Virus record (IMG/VR): IMGVR_UViG_3300023179_005186
Coordinates: 124,001-188,000 of that record
Strand: one strand, 5' to 3'
DNA: 64,000 nucleotides
The notes beneath the pieces are model-generated. The model saw only the letters and a list, made by a program, of their open reading frames with translations. It was not told the DNA's origin and did not search any database. A program made the translations under genes and the position numbers. Shown here piece after piece: positions 63,280-64,000 of the stretch. The first letter of the stretch is position 1. Each line of letters begins with the position of its first letter.

Positions 63280-64000
63280 ATGCCTAAAAAAAATTCCAAA
63301 AAATTAAGTAAAAATAATAAAAAGGATTCTAAAAAGAATTCTAAAAAAGATTCTAAAAAGAGTTCAAAAAAAAGTTTAAAAAAAGATTCTAAAAAAGTGA
63401 AATCAATTATAATACCAGCAAAAAAAATATTATCAGAGGAAAAAATAACTTGGAAAGAAGAAGATATTACAAGAAATATTTATTCTGACTTAGAATATAA
63501 ATTGGATCCAATTAAACTAATATACAAATATAAAAATAATAATAGAAAAAATCAATATATTACATATATTTATGTTGGAGAACTAGCTAAAAAATATGAA
63601 AATATTTTAAAAAAAATAGAAAATTTAAATTTGTATGATACCTTAATAATATTAACAAGAGATGAAGAATTAAAATTAATGAATGGTTTTGGTGATTTAT
63701 GGATGACAAAATTTTTTAATATTTATCATATAAGTGCTTTTGTAAATAATTTAGAGTTAAAATCTGTAATGAAAAAAGAATTATTAAAAAAATATGATGA
63801 AGAATGGATAAGAAAATTTATAATAAATTTTAAAAATGAAATAATTTTTAAAAAAATAAATTATTCTTATTCTGATTTAATTAAATTTCAATATAAGATT
63901 AAAATGGGTAAAAAATTAGAAAAAGTTATGTTAGAAAAAGAAGATATTGAAGATATTTCTTTTATTACAAAAGAAAAAGTTATTAATAATAATAATATAT
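63280..64000 (+). CDS. Partial large ORF, possibly early transcription factor large subunit; N-terminal SKK(D/N) repeats
   Basis: Open to the window end. DPIKLIYKYKNNNRKNQYITYIYVG resembles, from memory, the start of the Mimiviridae VETF-L-like protein. Confidence 0.55.
   Translation, partial: MPKKNSKKLSKNNKKDSKKNSKKDSKKSSKKSLKKDSKKVKSIIIPAKKILSEEKITWKEEDITRNIYSDLEYKLDPIKLIYKYKNNNRKNQYITYIYVGELAKKYENILKKIENLNLYDTLIILTRDEELKLMNGFGDLWMTKFFNIYHISAFVNNLELKSVMKKELLKKYDEEWIRKFIINFKNEIIFKKINYSYSDLIKFQYKIKMGKKLEKVMLEKEDIEDISFITKEKVINNNNI

Noticed and set aside
1-64000. tRNA or rRNA genes
   Set aside because: No cloverleaf/T-loop or rRNA-like sequence was seen by eye; the GC-richer islands are explained by introns, repeats and TIR elements. 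tRNAscan was not run.

Overview
This window is very AT-rich DNA from a giant virus (Nucleocytoviricota, Mimiviridae-like). It carries a core block whose order resembles Acanthamoeba mimivirus: Lon, TFIIB, UDG, RPB2, RPB5, bacterial-type topoisomerase IA, RPB6, RPB9, D5 primase-helicase and an SRPK-like kinase. Further on are glutaredoxin, an NAD-dependent ligase, an AAA ATPase, ClpP, a RecB/YprB-like nuclease and a SNF2-RING helicase. Many AAAATTGA early promoters and 3' AT hairpins are present. Four things stand out. (1) RPB2 is split by three inteins and two group I introns. One intron has a C.A pair in place of U.G at the 5' splice site, and the homing endonucleases are at different stages of decay. 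(2) A family of transposase-less elements is bounded by ~21-25 bp terminal inverted repeats and TA duplications: 23382-28080, 50285-50548, 51946-52502 and a solo end at 51667. One carries a complete cargo gene. Another keeps what looks like a Fanzor/TnpB C-terminal remnant plus a structured omega-RNA-like segment. (3) A 473-bp exact duplication brackets a 2-kb fragment that is cut mid-gene at both ends. (4) There is a fused Kennedy-pathway enzyme and a divergent H2A-H2B-like doublet. All calls were made by eye from motifs; no searches were run.
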